Source of the DNA: a virus
Taxonomy: Duplodnaviria > Caudoviricetes
IMG/VR virus record: IMGVR_UViG_3300033075_000428
Location: 96,001 to 160,000 of that record
Strand: one strand, 5' to 3'
DNA length: 64,000 nucleotides
The position numbers and the translations under genes were made by a program. Under the pieces are notes generated by a model. That model saw only the letters and a list, made by a program, of their open reading frames with translations, had not been told where the DNA came from and made no database searches. Positions 15,197 to 24,377 of the stretch are shown here, one piece after another; position 1 is the stretch's first letter, and every line of letters starts with the position of its first letter.

Positions 15197-16757
15197 CTAG
15201 CTCTCTTGTTTTTGCTTTGTTAATCTTAGTATCGTCCCAATTCGACTTTGGAACGATTGTCAGCGTCTTCTTAGCACGAGTCACTGCAACATACAGTAGA
15301 TTTTTCTCCTGCTGTATTTGCCATGGTAGTGATGCATGTTTGCTCGGGAATAGGTCTGGACGTATAATGAATACGTTATCAGCTTCTAGTCCTTTTGACT
15401 TATGCGCTGTTGAAAGAACGATTCCTTCTACGTTATCAGAGAACATGCGTTCTATTTCTTCCGTCATCTTGCTAACGTATGCTCGGTCATATCTGGTCTT
15501 CTCTGTGGTGGAACCACCTGAGGAGATACCGTTGAGAACAGACCGATAAATCTTACACTTCTCTTCTGCACCGTCAATCTGGTTGAGAATCTTCACCCTA
15601 AGTACTTCGTCATTACCAACTCTGGACATTGTAGAATGCAAGTTGGATATCAACTTGTCAAAGTAGTCGAATATGTCCTGAGGGAATGATGGTGAAATCT
15701 TCTCAATCTCTGTGATAAGTTCCCGTCCAATGTCACTTCCACGTATTATTGCAATACGTCCATTGCCTATCAGTTGAAAGTATAGTGTGACCAACGGTGA
15801 GTTATTGCGACAAATAACCCAATCTCTCGTCTGTGGGTTGAGCGTTCCAGCAATTACAACTTCACCATCAATCTGTGTCTCTGACTCTTGGATGTGAGGG
15901 ACAATTGTTTGTGCGTGTTTAACAATGCTCTTTGCACAACGATAGCAGATTGACAATGGAAGTTCAACTGTGTCAGGTAAGTTCTTGAGGATGTTGTAGC
16001 TCTCAGGGTCGGCGCCAGCGAAACCGTAAATCGACTGATATGGGTCTCCAACTGCTATCAGTCTGCCTGAACGTGGCTTCAAGATATTGCGAGCAATTTC
16101 AATCTGAATGCGATTCAAGTCCTGAGCTTCGTCCACGAAGACGAAGTCGTACACACGGGGAAATAGCTCTTCTTTGAGTGGTACATACAGCATGTCACTG
16201 AAATCAAACGTCTGCTTATTTGACACGCTATTGTTGAACAACGCTTTAGCATGAATCAACTCCATTCCCGTTACGGGAAGGATTAGATGCTTCGCCATTA
16301 TGTCCATCATTCCCTTCTCAGAAGGGTCGTTGGTCATCTTCATCAGATTGACCATCTTCATCAACGTCTGTCCATAGTTGTATGAAGTGGTCTTCGCATC
16401 TTTGAACTGACGAGTGAATTGAGCTAACTCCCATTTCGGAGACATTACATCCCAAAACAGACGTTGAAGCTTCTTGTCTTCAAGTTTCGCACTATGGTAA
16501 CGTGATTTCAGGTATCTCCACCCAAGTGAGTGAAGAGTTGAAACTTCAACGAATGGCGGTACCTTAGGTCGTAGCTCTTCAACAATGTGTTTGTTGAATG
16601 CAAGGAACAGAATCTTCTTGTCAGTGGGTAGTAAGGTCAACGCATTTACAATGGTTGTTGTCTTCCCAGAACCAGCTACAGCGGAGATTACAGCATTGCC
16701 CCGCTCTTGTTGTATGAAGTCAAAAACCCTTTGCTGGTACTTTGAAGGTTTGAACAC
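15180..16757 (-). CDS. UvrD/Rep-like SF1 helicase
   Basis: AVAGSGKTT, VDEAQD, VGDPYQSIYGFAGA, STAHKSKGLE, LYVAVTRA. Confidence 0.92.
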   Translation of the reverse strand: MFKPSKYQQRVFDFIQQERGNAVISAVAGSGKTTTIVNALTLLPTDKKILFLAFNKHIVEELRPKVPPFVEVSTLHSLGWRYLKSRYHSAKLEDKKLQRLFWDVMSPKWELAQFTRQFKDAKTTSYNYGQTLMKMVNLMKMTNDPSEKGMMDIMAKHLILPVTGMELIHAKALFNNSVSNKQTFDFSDMLYVPLKEELFPRVYDFVFVDEAQDLNRIQIEIARNILKPRSGRLIAVGDPYQSIYGFAGADPESYNILKNLPDTVELPLSICYRCAKSIVKHAQTIVPHIQESETQIDGEVVIAGTLNPQTRDWVICRNNSPLVTLYFQLIGNGRIAIIRGSDIGRELITEIEKISPSFPQDIFDYFDKLISNLHSTMSRVGNDEVLRVKILNQIDGAEEKCKIYRSVLNGISSGGSTTEKTRYDRAYVSKMTEEIERMFSDNVEGIVLSTAHKSKGLEADNVFIIRPDLFPSKHASLPWQIQQEKNLLYVAVTRAKKTLTIVPKSNWDDTKINKAKTRELDESTS

Positions 16758-16766
16758 GTAGGAACC

Positions 16767-17258
16767 TTAGTTTAGACAGAGGATTTGTTCACCTATCGGT
16801 GATTTGAAAACTTCATAGCTGTCAGGAAGTCTGCGTACCGAGAGTACGAAATCAAGTATTGAGAACTGAATTGGATGCACGGTTATACAACGTTTGCTAG
16901 TGTTGCTCCTGATTGTGAATGTCCTCTGCTTTGCAATCCTCATGAAGTTGTCTACCAGCGTCATGATTATCAACTGGTCTCTTTGAGAAATCATGTTTAT
17001 GTCAAGGGCACTAAGCCCACGATAGTACTCGTTTGGTTGACAGTTCCTCTCATAATACTCCCTATCAACAGAGAATATTTCTAGCATCTCGTCTTCAGTG
17101 AGAACTAAGGTGTGTTGAACATTCTTCTTCGTGAGGGTATTTGGTGTCACGTTCGATGCGAAACGCAATACACCGAATGGGTCTAGAATGACACTAGCGA
17201 AGAGATAGTCCTGAAGACTCTGAACAAACTGTTCCGAACGATAGATAACAACTCTCAT
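16767..17258 (-). CDS. hypothetical protein
   Basis: 163-aa ORF in operon. Confidence 0.6.
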   Translation of the reverse strand: MRVVIYRSEQFVQSLQDYLFASVILDPFGVLRFASNVTPNTLTKKNVQHTLVLTEDEMLEIFSVDREYYERNCQPNEYYRGLSALDINMISQRDQLIIMTLVDNFMRIAKQRTFTIRSNTSKRCITVHPIQFSILDFVLSVRRLPDSYEVFKSPIGEQILCLN

Positions 17259-17485
17259 AAGCTGTTAGTAATTGGCAGTTCGAATAGTGGGCTAATCAAT
17301 AAGCACTTGATGCCTTGTGTTTGTCGATTCTCTGTCCGAACATAGTAACACGTGGTTGGGTCGCCACTTACCTGATAGTGTCGAATGCGTGACACTATCC
17401 CAATGTGTCCATTGTGGCGTGCTTCTTTCGGGTCGAGAGTCTTCTTGATGAGTACTCTGTCCCCTACTTCAAAGATGATTTTCAT
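17255..17485 (-). CDS. small SH3/KOW-like protein
   Basis: FEVGDRV.I...G.IGIV; GAGG RBS. Confidence 0.55.
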   Translation of the reverse strand: MKIIFEVGDRVLIKKTLDPKEARHNGHIGIVSRIRHYQVSGDPTTCYYVRTENRQTQGIKCLLISPLFELPITNSL

Positions 17486-17541
17486 AAGACCTCACTATAT
17501 TGTGAGTCTTAGAACGAGGAACACAGAGCTAGGAGTGCTTA

Positions 17542-17973
17542 CTACTTGACAGTTCCTATTGTCACCCCGACAACAATGCCTAAACCAGCACCAACGAGAC
17601 CGCCAACAATACCCCACAGAACAGGAGACTGCCAGAACGTTGGCTTATTTAGCTCTGCTAACTTTTGGTAATTCAGTTCATTGACCTTGTAAAGTTCAAT
17701 CTGTTGAGACTGCTTTACAATGATTGAATCGTTAAGACGCACAAGTGATTGAAGGTCGTTAACTTGTGAACGGTAGAGAGCTAGCAATGTATCACGTACG
17801 AGCACTTTTGCTTCTAGAAGCTTGATGCCATTTGTGAGCCCAAGCACTTCCTGTTTCGTGAAATAGTAATATTTCGTTGTGTCAGCAGAAGCAGGAACGG
17901 TGGCGAACCCTGCGACTTGTGCAGAGCAAGTTACTGACAACGCTGAGAAGAGAACTAAGAGGATTGTTTTCAC
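17542..17973 (-). CDS. exported coiled-coil protein with C-terminal TM (spanin-like)
   Basis: signal peptide ending SA-Q, coiled coil, Gly-rich C-terminal TM. Confidence 0.55.
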   Translation of the reverse strand: MKTILLVLFSALSVTCSAQVAGFATVPASADTTKYYYFTKQEVLGLTNGIKLLEAKVLVRDTLLALYRSQVNDLQSLVRLNDSIIVKQSQQIELYKVNELNYQKLAELNKPTFWQSPVLWGIVGGLVGAGLGIVVGVTIGTVK

Positions 17974-18338
17974 TTGTTCTTCTCCGCGAAAGTTTTCAAG
18001 AACATGAACCCATTGTCTGGGTTTGTTTCTTTTGGCACCACAACATTTAGTACATTCTTCTCGTACTTTGATATTGTCTGTCCACGCTCTTCTATCTTTG
18101 ATTTCAAAGAGTCACTCTGATTCTTTAGGACAGCAATTTCTCGTGACAGAGCACGGATACTATCCTGTGTCATCCTAATCTCTCGTAGCACATCTTCCTT
18201 TGTATCCGCGAATAGCGAGCGAACAGCGTTTGTCAGGAACATGAGGATGAAGAGCGTCAACAGCCCAAGAGCTATCCACTTGACAATCTGCAGTGCGTTC
18301 TTCTTAACGAAGTCTCTGCTGTCTTCAACAACTGGCAT
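17970..18338 (-). CDS. N-terminal TM plus coiled coil (i-spanin-like)
   Basis: single TM then heptad repeats; overlaps next gene. Confidence 0.55.
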   Translation of the reverse strand: MPVVEDSRDFVKKNALQIVKWIALGLLTLFILMFLTNAVRSLFADTKEDVLREIRMTQDSIRALSREIAVLKNQSDSLKSKIEERGQTISKYEKNVLNVVVPKETNPDNGFMFLKTFAEKNK

Positions 18339-18344
18339 ACATTC

Positions 18345-19028
18345 TCAACTGTGTTTGTTTATACGAACTGGTTTCGTCTGGTTTAAAAGCTCGTAGACGA
18401 ATTGGGTAATGGTCGGAGGGGAAACGTTGCTTGAATGGGTAAAAGCCTCTACAACTTCCCTGAGCGTCAGCGGAGAGTCAAGTGTAACAATCTTCGGTGC
18501 TCGGACGCTATCCTTGATTGTAGAATTCAAGATGTCCATGAACTGACTAGACGGAGAACTCTTCAAGTGATTAGGAAGCGCAAGGTAGAAGTTCAATACA
18601 TTTCTTCGTGACACAGTTCCATCTTCTGTTCTCAAAGAAGATGTGTCTACCTCACTACGCAAATACGACAAACCAACGTGTGCGGTTGAACGGATTAATG
18701 AGTGAAACGCTGTGAATGTTACAGGCAATGGATACTGTATGACAGTATTGAATACACGTTCTGCCTGCTCGTAAAACGGAGTAAAGTACTGACGATAGCG
18801 TTCAATAACTTCTGATTTACACTCAGGGTCGTCCAGAAGGTCTTTGATAATCTCGAGTGTTTTCCTGAACTCAATCACGTCTGAATTCAATGAGTACATC
18901 AAACGAAAGTATGTGTCCTCAGGTAGTGCCTCGAGACCTTGTTTGCTAAGGTTGAAGATAAGCTGGGAACACATCATTACGTGAATTGACCTGTTGTACT
19001 CTTCATAGATTGGTAAGATGTCGTCCAT
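18345..19028 (-). CDS. hypothetical protein
   Basis: 227-aa ORF. Confidence 0.65.
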   Translation of the reverse strand: MDDILPIYEEYNRSIHVMMCSQLIFNLSKQGLEALPEDTYFRLMYSLNSDVIEFRKTLEIIKDLLDDPECKSEVIERYRQYFTPFYEQAERVFNTVIQYPLPVTFTAFHSLIRSTAHVGLSYLRSEVDTSSLRTEDGTVSRRNVLNFYLALPNHLKSSPSSQFMDILNSTIKDSVRAPKIVTLDSPLTLREVVEAFTHSSNVSPPTITQFVYELLNQTKPVRINKHS

Positions 19029-19207
19029 TAGTCTTTGTCCTCAGACTTTGTCAGTACTCTTGTTAATATGTGTATCGCAAGACACAACAGAAACCATAGA
19101 CCAAGGGTGTCAGAATGAAGTAGCATGTAAGCTACACCACCATAGATAAGTATGCTGATACTAAGCATCAACATGATGTAGCTAATGACGAAGAATATTT
19201 TACGCAT
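19028..19207 (-). CDS. 59-aa two-TM membrane protein (below ORF-track cutoff; holin-like topology)
   Basis: MRKIFFVISYIMLMLSISILIYGGVAYMLLHSDTLGLWFLLCLAIHILTRVLTKSEDKD; overlaps terL stop and next start. Confidence 0.6.
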   Translation of the reverse strand: MRKIFFVISYIMLMLSISILIYGGVAYMLLHSDTLGLWFLLCLAIHILTRVLTKSEDKD

Positions 19208-22200
19208 TTCTCTCCCGTTCTTGTCTACGTTTCTTGAATCTCTCGATTATGTCAGCGTCTTCATCCGAAATAACACTTGGAACAAAACTCTCTTGTTTTT
19301 CCGCTCTCAATTCGTCATCATCGTCTCCAGAGAGAAGTTCGTCCATTAACTCCTGCTGACTTAGGGCAGAAGGACGATGCTGCATGAAAAACTCTTCTTC
19401 CATTATCAACGTGTTGAGAGCACCACAAACACCGTCAGCGCAGTCCTTTCGACCTTTCAATCCATCAGACGCTTTCAACGGGTGGTCAACTTTTCGCTTT
19501 GCTGGGTCATGAATCAAATCTGTTAGCTCAGTAAGCAGATTAGCATCTTCGTAAAACTCGATTCTTCGGTCAAGAATCGCCTCTTTCAAATTGATGTACG
19601 GAAGGTCTGTTTTGTCCACTGAAAGAAGTTCTGAAGCAAACCCCATCCCCTTGAATAGCTGTCGCATGTACGTTGATTGGTAACCGTCTGTTGTCACCTT
19701 CACGATATTGATACCAACTCGGTCACGAAGGTCTTTAATGAACTCAACCATCTTCGTCAATGGTAGCTCTTTCCCTGGAAGTCCAATCGCACGCAAGTTG
19801 AAGTCAACACGGAATGCTTGTTTAAGCTTCGTGATGGTTACCCCATCGATGTTTGTTTCTTCAACCAATTTGTTCTCAGAATTGTATACCATAGCGAGTC
19901 CAAATGCGTCATTAGTAACACCAATATCGATATGAACTGCTCTTGGCTGAGAGTATCCGACTAGAGCAAAGTATGCTTCTAATTTTTCCATGTCGATGAA
20001 GTCGAATACCGATTGCTGTGGATTGTCGAAGTCAAGCTGAACAGGGTACGAAGTGAACGGTGATGACCAAGGTTTCCCGTTGATATTCGTTACAAAGCAT
20101 TCACGAAGGTATGTTCTGTTCTTGATAAGGTTGATGTCGCTGAACGTTGATTTACCAGCAACGTCACGAATGGAGATGTCAAGATCTTTTACAAAAGTAT
20201 CATAGTAAGCATCAGGTACCTCAACGATTTCGAATCCTTCTGGTGCTTCTTCATCTGGCTCAAGTATCTTTGAATCACGATACTGATTACCTATCATGAC
20301 TCTAAAATACTTACCACTATAGATGCCTTGGTGCTCTTTGAACTTCCAAATTGGTTCATCAATGATATATGTCTTGGGATTTGACTTATTCTTCTCAATG
20401 TGTAATTCAAGAAATGATGCTTTCTCATTCTTTGAAGATACAATGAATAGCTGTCCAGGGATGCGACCACCCTTCGTCATGTAGCGTGATTCCATACGAC
20501 GATAGATAGAATTGTAAGTCTTCATAATCTGTGATGAAGATATATCATCTCCTTGGAAGAAGAAGTTAGCCTCATCAACAAGTGCGGAGAATGTATCATG
20601 ACCCAATGAGTGAGAAGCACGAGAACCAACGACAATACCAATATTCTTTGGAAACTGTATAGTGTTATCTGAACGTGTTGGTTTACGACGTTCAGAAAAG
20701 AACGGACTTGTCTCTAACATTGTCTTCAGCTTAGCAAATCCAACGTCACCACTCAACTTCAAAGTCACGTTGAATATTGCAAACATCATAAAACTTCCTG
20801 GTGTCAGGTTGTAATATTGCTGTGGGTTGCGAAGACAAAGTAGCTTGTGCATATGGTAGAGTAGTGCTCCTACAGCGATTGTACTCTTGCCCAACCCAAT
20901 CCCACCAGTCATGCAATTTTTTACCACAATAAAGCTCTCATTTAAAACATAGTTGTGCTCCTCATCAGCAGTAAAGTTGTATACATCTTCAAACCCATCA
21001 AACTCTATAGACACTACTTTGTGGTTAAAATTCTTTACATAGTCATATGGCTTCTCTATCTCCATCTTTCTCATTTTGGAGAATAAACCAGAAGCTGAAC
21101 ACTTCAGCTTTTCAGCTAATTGATGAAGTGTCATCTTACCATTTTCAGTAAGAGTCTTGTCAATTAGTTCTCTCGTAATATCATCACGTCTATTTGGATG
21201 ATTCTTGTTGAACTCTTTTGTTCTCTCACTTTGTTTCTTTCGGTCTTCTAGCGAACGGTCTGACTTCCAGTACTCTGACATCCGCTTGGCTTGTCCTGAA
21301 GAGGACATGTAGTTACCAATCTTCTCTGCTCGAATCTTTCTGGAGTTGACATACTTCTCGTCTTGAGACCTATGAAGTAGGTCAGTTCCTTTCTTGCTGT
21401 TTTCTTTGACTATCTGTAGCGCCTTCTCATCTCTGTTCTTGACCATGTCATTGAACTTATTGAGATTGCTTATAGAAACTGATTTACCATGTTCAGAAGC
21501 TAGCCACTTCTTATGTGCTTCCCTGAGAGTCTTAGTAAAATGTTCTGTTCTCTTAAGAAAGCTCATTCTTCCATTATTACGAAGAATAGGAATCATCTTT
21601 TCTTTATAGTCTTTGCTCTGCCATCTCTCTTTCGACATTTTACTATGCAATACTAGATGTTCAACAGCATCCATTCTAACTATGTTAGTAGGATTGTTGT
21701 CATATCTATTGATATTAATATGATGTCTAACCGTTCCTGAAGAACGCTCATACACGTTATGTCGTAAATTATGTTCATCAGCAAGATGATGAGCCCAAGT
21801 CCAAGTTCCATCGTAAGGATTGAAGATTTGAGTATAGTACTTTTTAGTCCACTTTGGATTTGTACTCTTGTTTATTATTTCTTCTCTGAAATTCACAGAA
21901 AGTAACGAGTCTCCTGGCTTCAGGTCTCTGAGTTTGATTTCAGTTCCGTCCCTCAAGATGAACTTATGGTCTGGAGTTGCTCGAATAACGGAACCATTAT
22001 CTAGCGTAAGCTTCCAAACTTCTGCATTCTCCCGTGTCTTCATTGGTGCCCAAGCACGACAAATCTTGGGCTTCTTGTTTTTCAAGTCCATTGAGTACAC
22101 ATAGAAGTCTTCTCCTGCTTCAGCGAGGGACTTCATAGTCTTCACAGTACCATCAGCGAGTACCACTTCTGTGTCACCAGTAAAGCAAACTTCTATCACA

Positions 22201-22562
22201 CCAGCATTGGGATCCAAAAATCTCTTCAAGTGATGAAGCCAACGAGGGTACAGAGCACCGTTTCCGAGGGTGTTTCCAAGGTAATAGGGGTCTTGGAAGA
22301 AGTCTTCAATTGATGCTGGCTGAGTGTCGTAGTCGACGCTGGTCAACTCATACAGAGTCTGGCTTGTGCCAGAGCTAAAGTGTTCTTCAAGAATTAGTTC
22401 AACGGCTAATCTCTCTTCTTCAGAGAGACTATTCAATGCGGCTAGAATTCTATTGAGGTCTCTCTCACCGAGTATGTCACCAAGCTTGTTATTGAAGTCT
22501 TCAGTCGTAACGTCCCTGACGTGTGCATCAATAATCAAGGGTTTTGATTTTCTCTTTGGCAC
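19200..22562 (-). CDS. terL: terminase large subunit, intein-containing (start uncertain: GTG 22562 preferred, longest ATG 22640)
   Basis: Walker A TGGIGLGKST, Walker B LVDEANF, nuclease HIDIG...D, DG.QS, KVDHP...KDCAD. Confidence 0.88.
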   Translation of the reverse strand: MPKRKSKPLIIDAHVRDVTTEDFNNKLGDILGERDLNRILAALNSLSEEERLAVELILEEHFSSGTSQTLYELTSVDYDTQPASIEDFFQDPYYLGNTLGNGALYPRWLHHLKRFLDPNAGVIEVCFTGDTEVVLADGTVKTMKSLAEAGEDFYVYSMDLKNKKPKICRAWAPMKTRENAEVWKLTLDNGSVIRATPDHKFILRDGTEIKLRDLKPGDSLLSVNFREEIINKSTNPKWTKKYYTQIFNPYDGTWTWAHHLADEHNLRHNVYERSSGTVRHHININRYDNNPTNIVRMDAVEHLVLHSKMSKERWQSKDYKEKMIPILRNNGRMSFLKRTEHFTKTLREAHKKWLASEHGKSVSISNLNKFNDMVKNRDEKALQIVKENSKKGTDLLHRSQDEKYVNSRKIRAEKIGNYMSSSGQAKRMSEYWKSDRSLEDRKKQSERTKEFNKNHPNRRDDITRELIDKTLTENGKMTLHQLAEKLKCSASGLFSKMRKMEIEKPYDYVKNFNHKVVSIEFDGFEDVYNFTADEEHNYVLNESFIVVKNCMTGGIGLGKSTIAVGALLYHMHKLLCLRNPQQYYNLTPGSFMMFAIFNVTLKLSGDVGFAKLKTMLETSPFFSERRKPTRSDNTIQFPKNIGIVVGSRASHSLGHDTFSALVDEANFFFQGDDISSSQIMKTYNSIYRRMESRYMTKGGRIPGQLFIVSSKNEKASFLELHIEKNKSNPKTYIIDEPIWKFKEHQGIYSGKYFRVMIGNQYRDSKILEPDEEAPEGFEIVEVPDAYYDTFVKDLDISIRDVAGKSTFSDINLIKNRTYLRECFVTNINGKPWSSPFTSYPVQLDFDNPQQSVFDFIDMEKLEAYFALVGYSQPRAVHIDIGVTNDAFGLAMVYNSENKLVEETNIDGVTITKLKQAFRVDFNLRAIGLPGKELPLTKMVEFIKDLRDRVGINIVKVTTDGYQSTYMRQLFKGMGFASELLSVDKTDLPYINLKEAILDRRIEFYEDANLLTELTDLIHDPAKRKVDHPLKASDGLKGRKDCADGVCGALNTLIMEEEFFMQHRPSALSQQELMDELLSGDDDDELRAEKQESFVPSVISDEDADIIERFKKRRQERERNA
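20916..22187 (-). mobile_element. 424-aa intein with HNH homing endonuclease in terL
   Basis: CFTGDTEV start, ATPDHKF block B, HH...D..N HNH motif, ends VVKN before +1 Cys. Confidence 0.88.
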
Positions 22563-22673
22563 TGTTACCAATCTAGGAAAATTGTGTTCTCTACAATAGA
22601 AACTGGGCACAACAGTACCAATGACTGCTATGCCCAGCATAGAACGAATCTATTTCCTACGAGTTGTGCTACA

Positions 22674-24110
22674 TCAGAACGACACGTAACACCGAGTTGC
22701 TGCTGATTCAACGACGAATTCCAATCCACGCTTCTTGGCAACAAGCTCCATGATGTCCTTGATTTCGGCAGCGGAATAGTCCTTGAATCGTGATTGTGCT
22801 TTCTTCACAGTCACTGAGCTCTCACCTGCATCCTTACGTCGAATGAGGTACTCATAGAGTTGAGTCTCAATTTCAGTAGTGAACGCTTGATTGTTGCCAG
22901 ACTTCTTTTTCTTCGTATCTTCAACCGTTGGAATGACATCTTCTTGATACGAGTTAGGAACCACTACGTCGGTGTCACGCTCTGAATCGTCAGGTGACTT
23001 GAGCTTGCCAATCAATGGTTTCTTAATCTTGACGACAACGTTTGTAGGTGAAGCAGACTTGTCTTCAATTTGAATATACTTTGAGTTGCCACTGTTTCCA
23101 CAAAGGTCAATCAGCATCTCAACAATCGACTTTGAAGACACTCCCTTGAACCTTGACTGCATATTCTTCACAGTAACGGTGGTTAGACCACGTTTCACTG
23201 CACCCTCAAGATAGTTGATGAGGTCAGAGTAGAACAGAGTTCCGACAACTGAGCTATTCGTACCTTCTACCACTGGTGGTTGAGAACGCTTCTTGGCTGT
23301 TGGTCTACCAGTGTTGATGAAGTTCTTCTCAAGGTCAGCAATCGAGATGTAGGTGGTTGGCAAGGTGTATTGGCGGTCAACTTCCCCCAGAACACGATAC
23401 TTACACACCCGCATCTTCGTAGCATCGTGCAGTGGAACCGCAACTACGTCTGCTGGGTCAACTTCGATAATCATGATTCTGTCTCCAGAACCTGAGAAGC
23501 TGTTCACATAGGATTGTGTACCAACGTGAAGTCCTCGTGAGCACTCCTGCCTATTGTTTGCGTCAACGTGCGCACGAAGCATCTCAACAATCGAACCGAC
23601 ACGGTTGTCAATCTTGTTTGTGTGCTTGTCACGATAGTTACTGGTGACTGCTTTGTATGCCAAAAATGTGCCACGGTCTGTTAGTGGCAACTTGTGGTCG
23701 AGGAAGTCGAAGAGATTCGTGCGTGATTCGTCACTTGGGTTCTCTCCAAGACGCTTTGAGAAGAGTCGATAAATCTTCTTTGGGTCATCCTTCAACGAGG
23801 AATCCAAAATCCGACTACACAGAGACATAGGGATTTCAACGTTGTTCTTCCAGAACAACTTCCCATCACGCAAGTTGAACTCATCTTCCGTCTGCTCTCG
23901 GACGATGATTGCTCTGTTCACCAAGACAGCTGTGTCCTTCCACTGCTTCTTGAGCAGAGACGCACAAATGTCATTGAACAAGTTATGTGACGACGGCAGA
24001 GTCATTGTCTGCCCGTCAGGGAAAGCGAACGTCACAGACGCACGAGTAATCACGAAAGCGGGTTCAACGCTTAGGTCTAATGCCATTGTCTCACCTAGGT
24101 TTAGTTTCAA
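22674..24110 (-). CDS. rIIB: rIIB-like lysis inhibition protein
   Basis: ENPS..S...LFDFL, GTFLAYKAV, CSRGLHVG, VDPADVVAVP, KMRVCKYRV. Confidence 0.85.
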   Translation of the reverse strand: MKLNLGETMALDLSVEPAFVITRASVTFAFPDGQTMTLPSSHNLFNDICASLLKKQWKDTAVLVNRAIIVREQTEDEFNLRDGKLFWKNNVEIPMSLCSRILDSSLKDDPKKIYRLFSKRLGENPSDESRTNLFDFLDHKLPLTDRGTFLAYKAVTSNYRDKHTNKIDNRVGSIVEMLRAHVDANNRQECSRGLHVGTQSYVNSFSGSGDRIMIIEVDPADVVAVPLHDATKMRVCKYRVLGEVDRQYTLPTTYISIADLEKNFINTGRPTAKKRSQPPVVEGTNSSVVGTLFYSDLINYLEGAVKRGLTTVTVKNMQSRFKGVSSKSIVEMLIDLCGNSGNSKYIQIEDKSASPTNVVVKIKKPLIGKLKSPDDSERDTDVVVPNSYQEDVIPTVEDTKKKKSGNNQAFTTEIETQLYEYLIRRKDAGESSVTVKKAQSRFKDYSAAEIKDIMELVAKKRGLEFVVESAATRCYVSF

Positions 24111-24152
24111 ACACGAGTGAATTAGAGAACGAAAAACTCTGTGTACAGTTTG

Positions 24153-24377
24153 TTAGGACTGCTTGTTTCTTCTGCGCTGTTCTTCTTCCATGACAAGTGC
24201 TGAGCCAAGAAACAAGAACCCTGCGATGCATAATAGGAAGTATCCAGACAATGTCTCTGTGAACTTCTGACCATGCATAATCAGTGGCAAAGATTCTATT
24301 CCAAAGAATACAGAACCAAGAATCATTGAAGAAACTTCAACGAGAAACAACACTCGTCTCAGTGATTCTTTAGTCAT
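24153..24377 (-). CDS. small two-TM membrane protein
   Basis: two hydrophobic segments and basic tail. Confidence 0.6.
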   Translation of the reverse strand: MTKESLRRVLFLVEVSSMILGSVFFGIESLPLIMHGQKFTETLSGYFLLCIAGFLFLGSALVMEEEQRRRNKQS

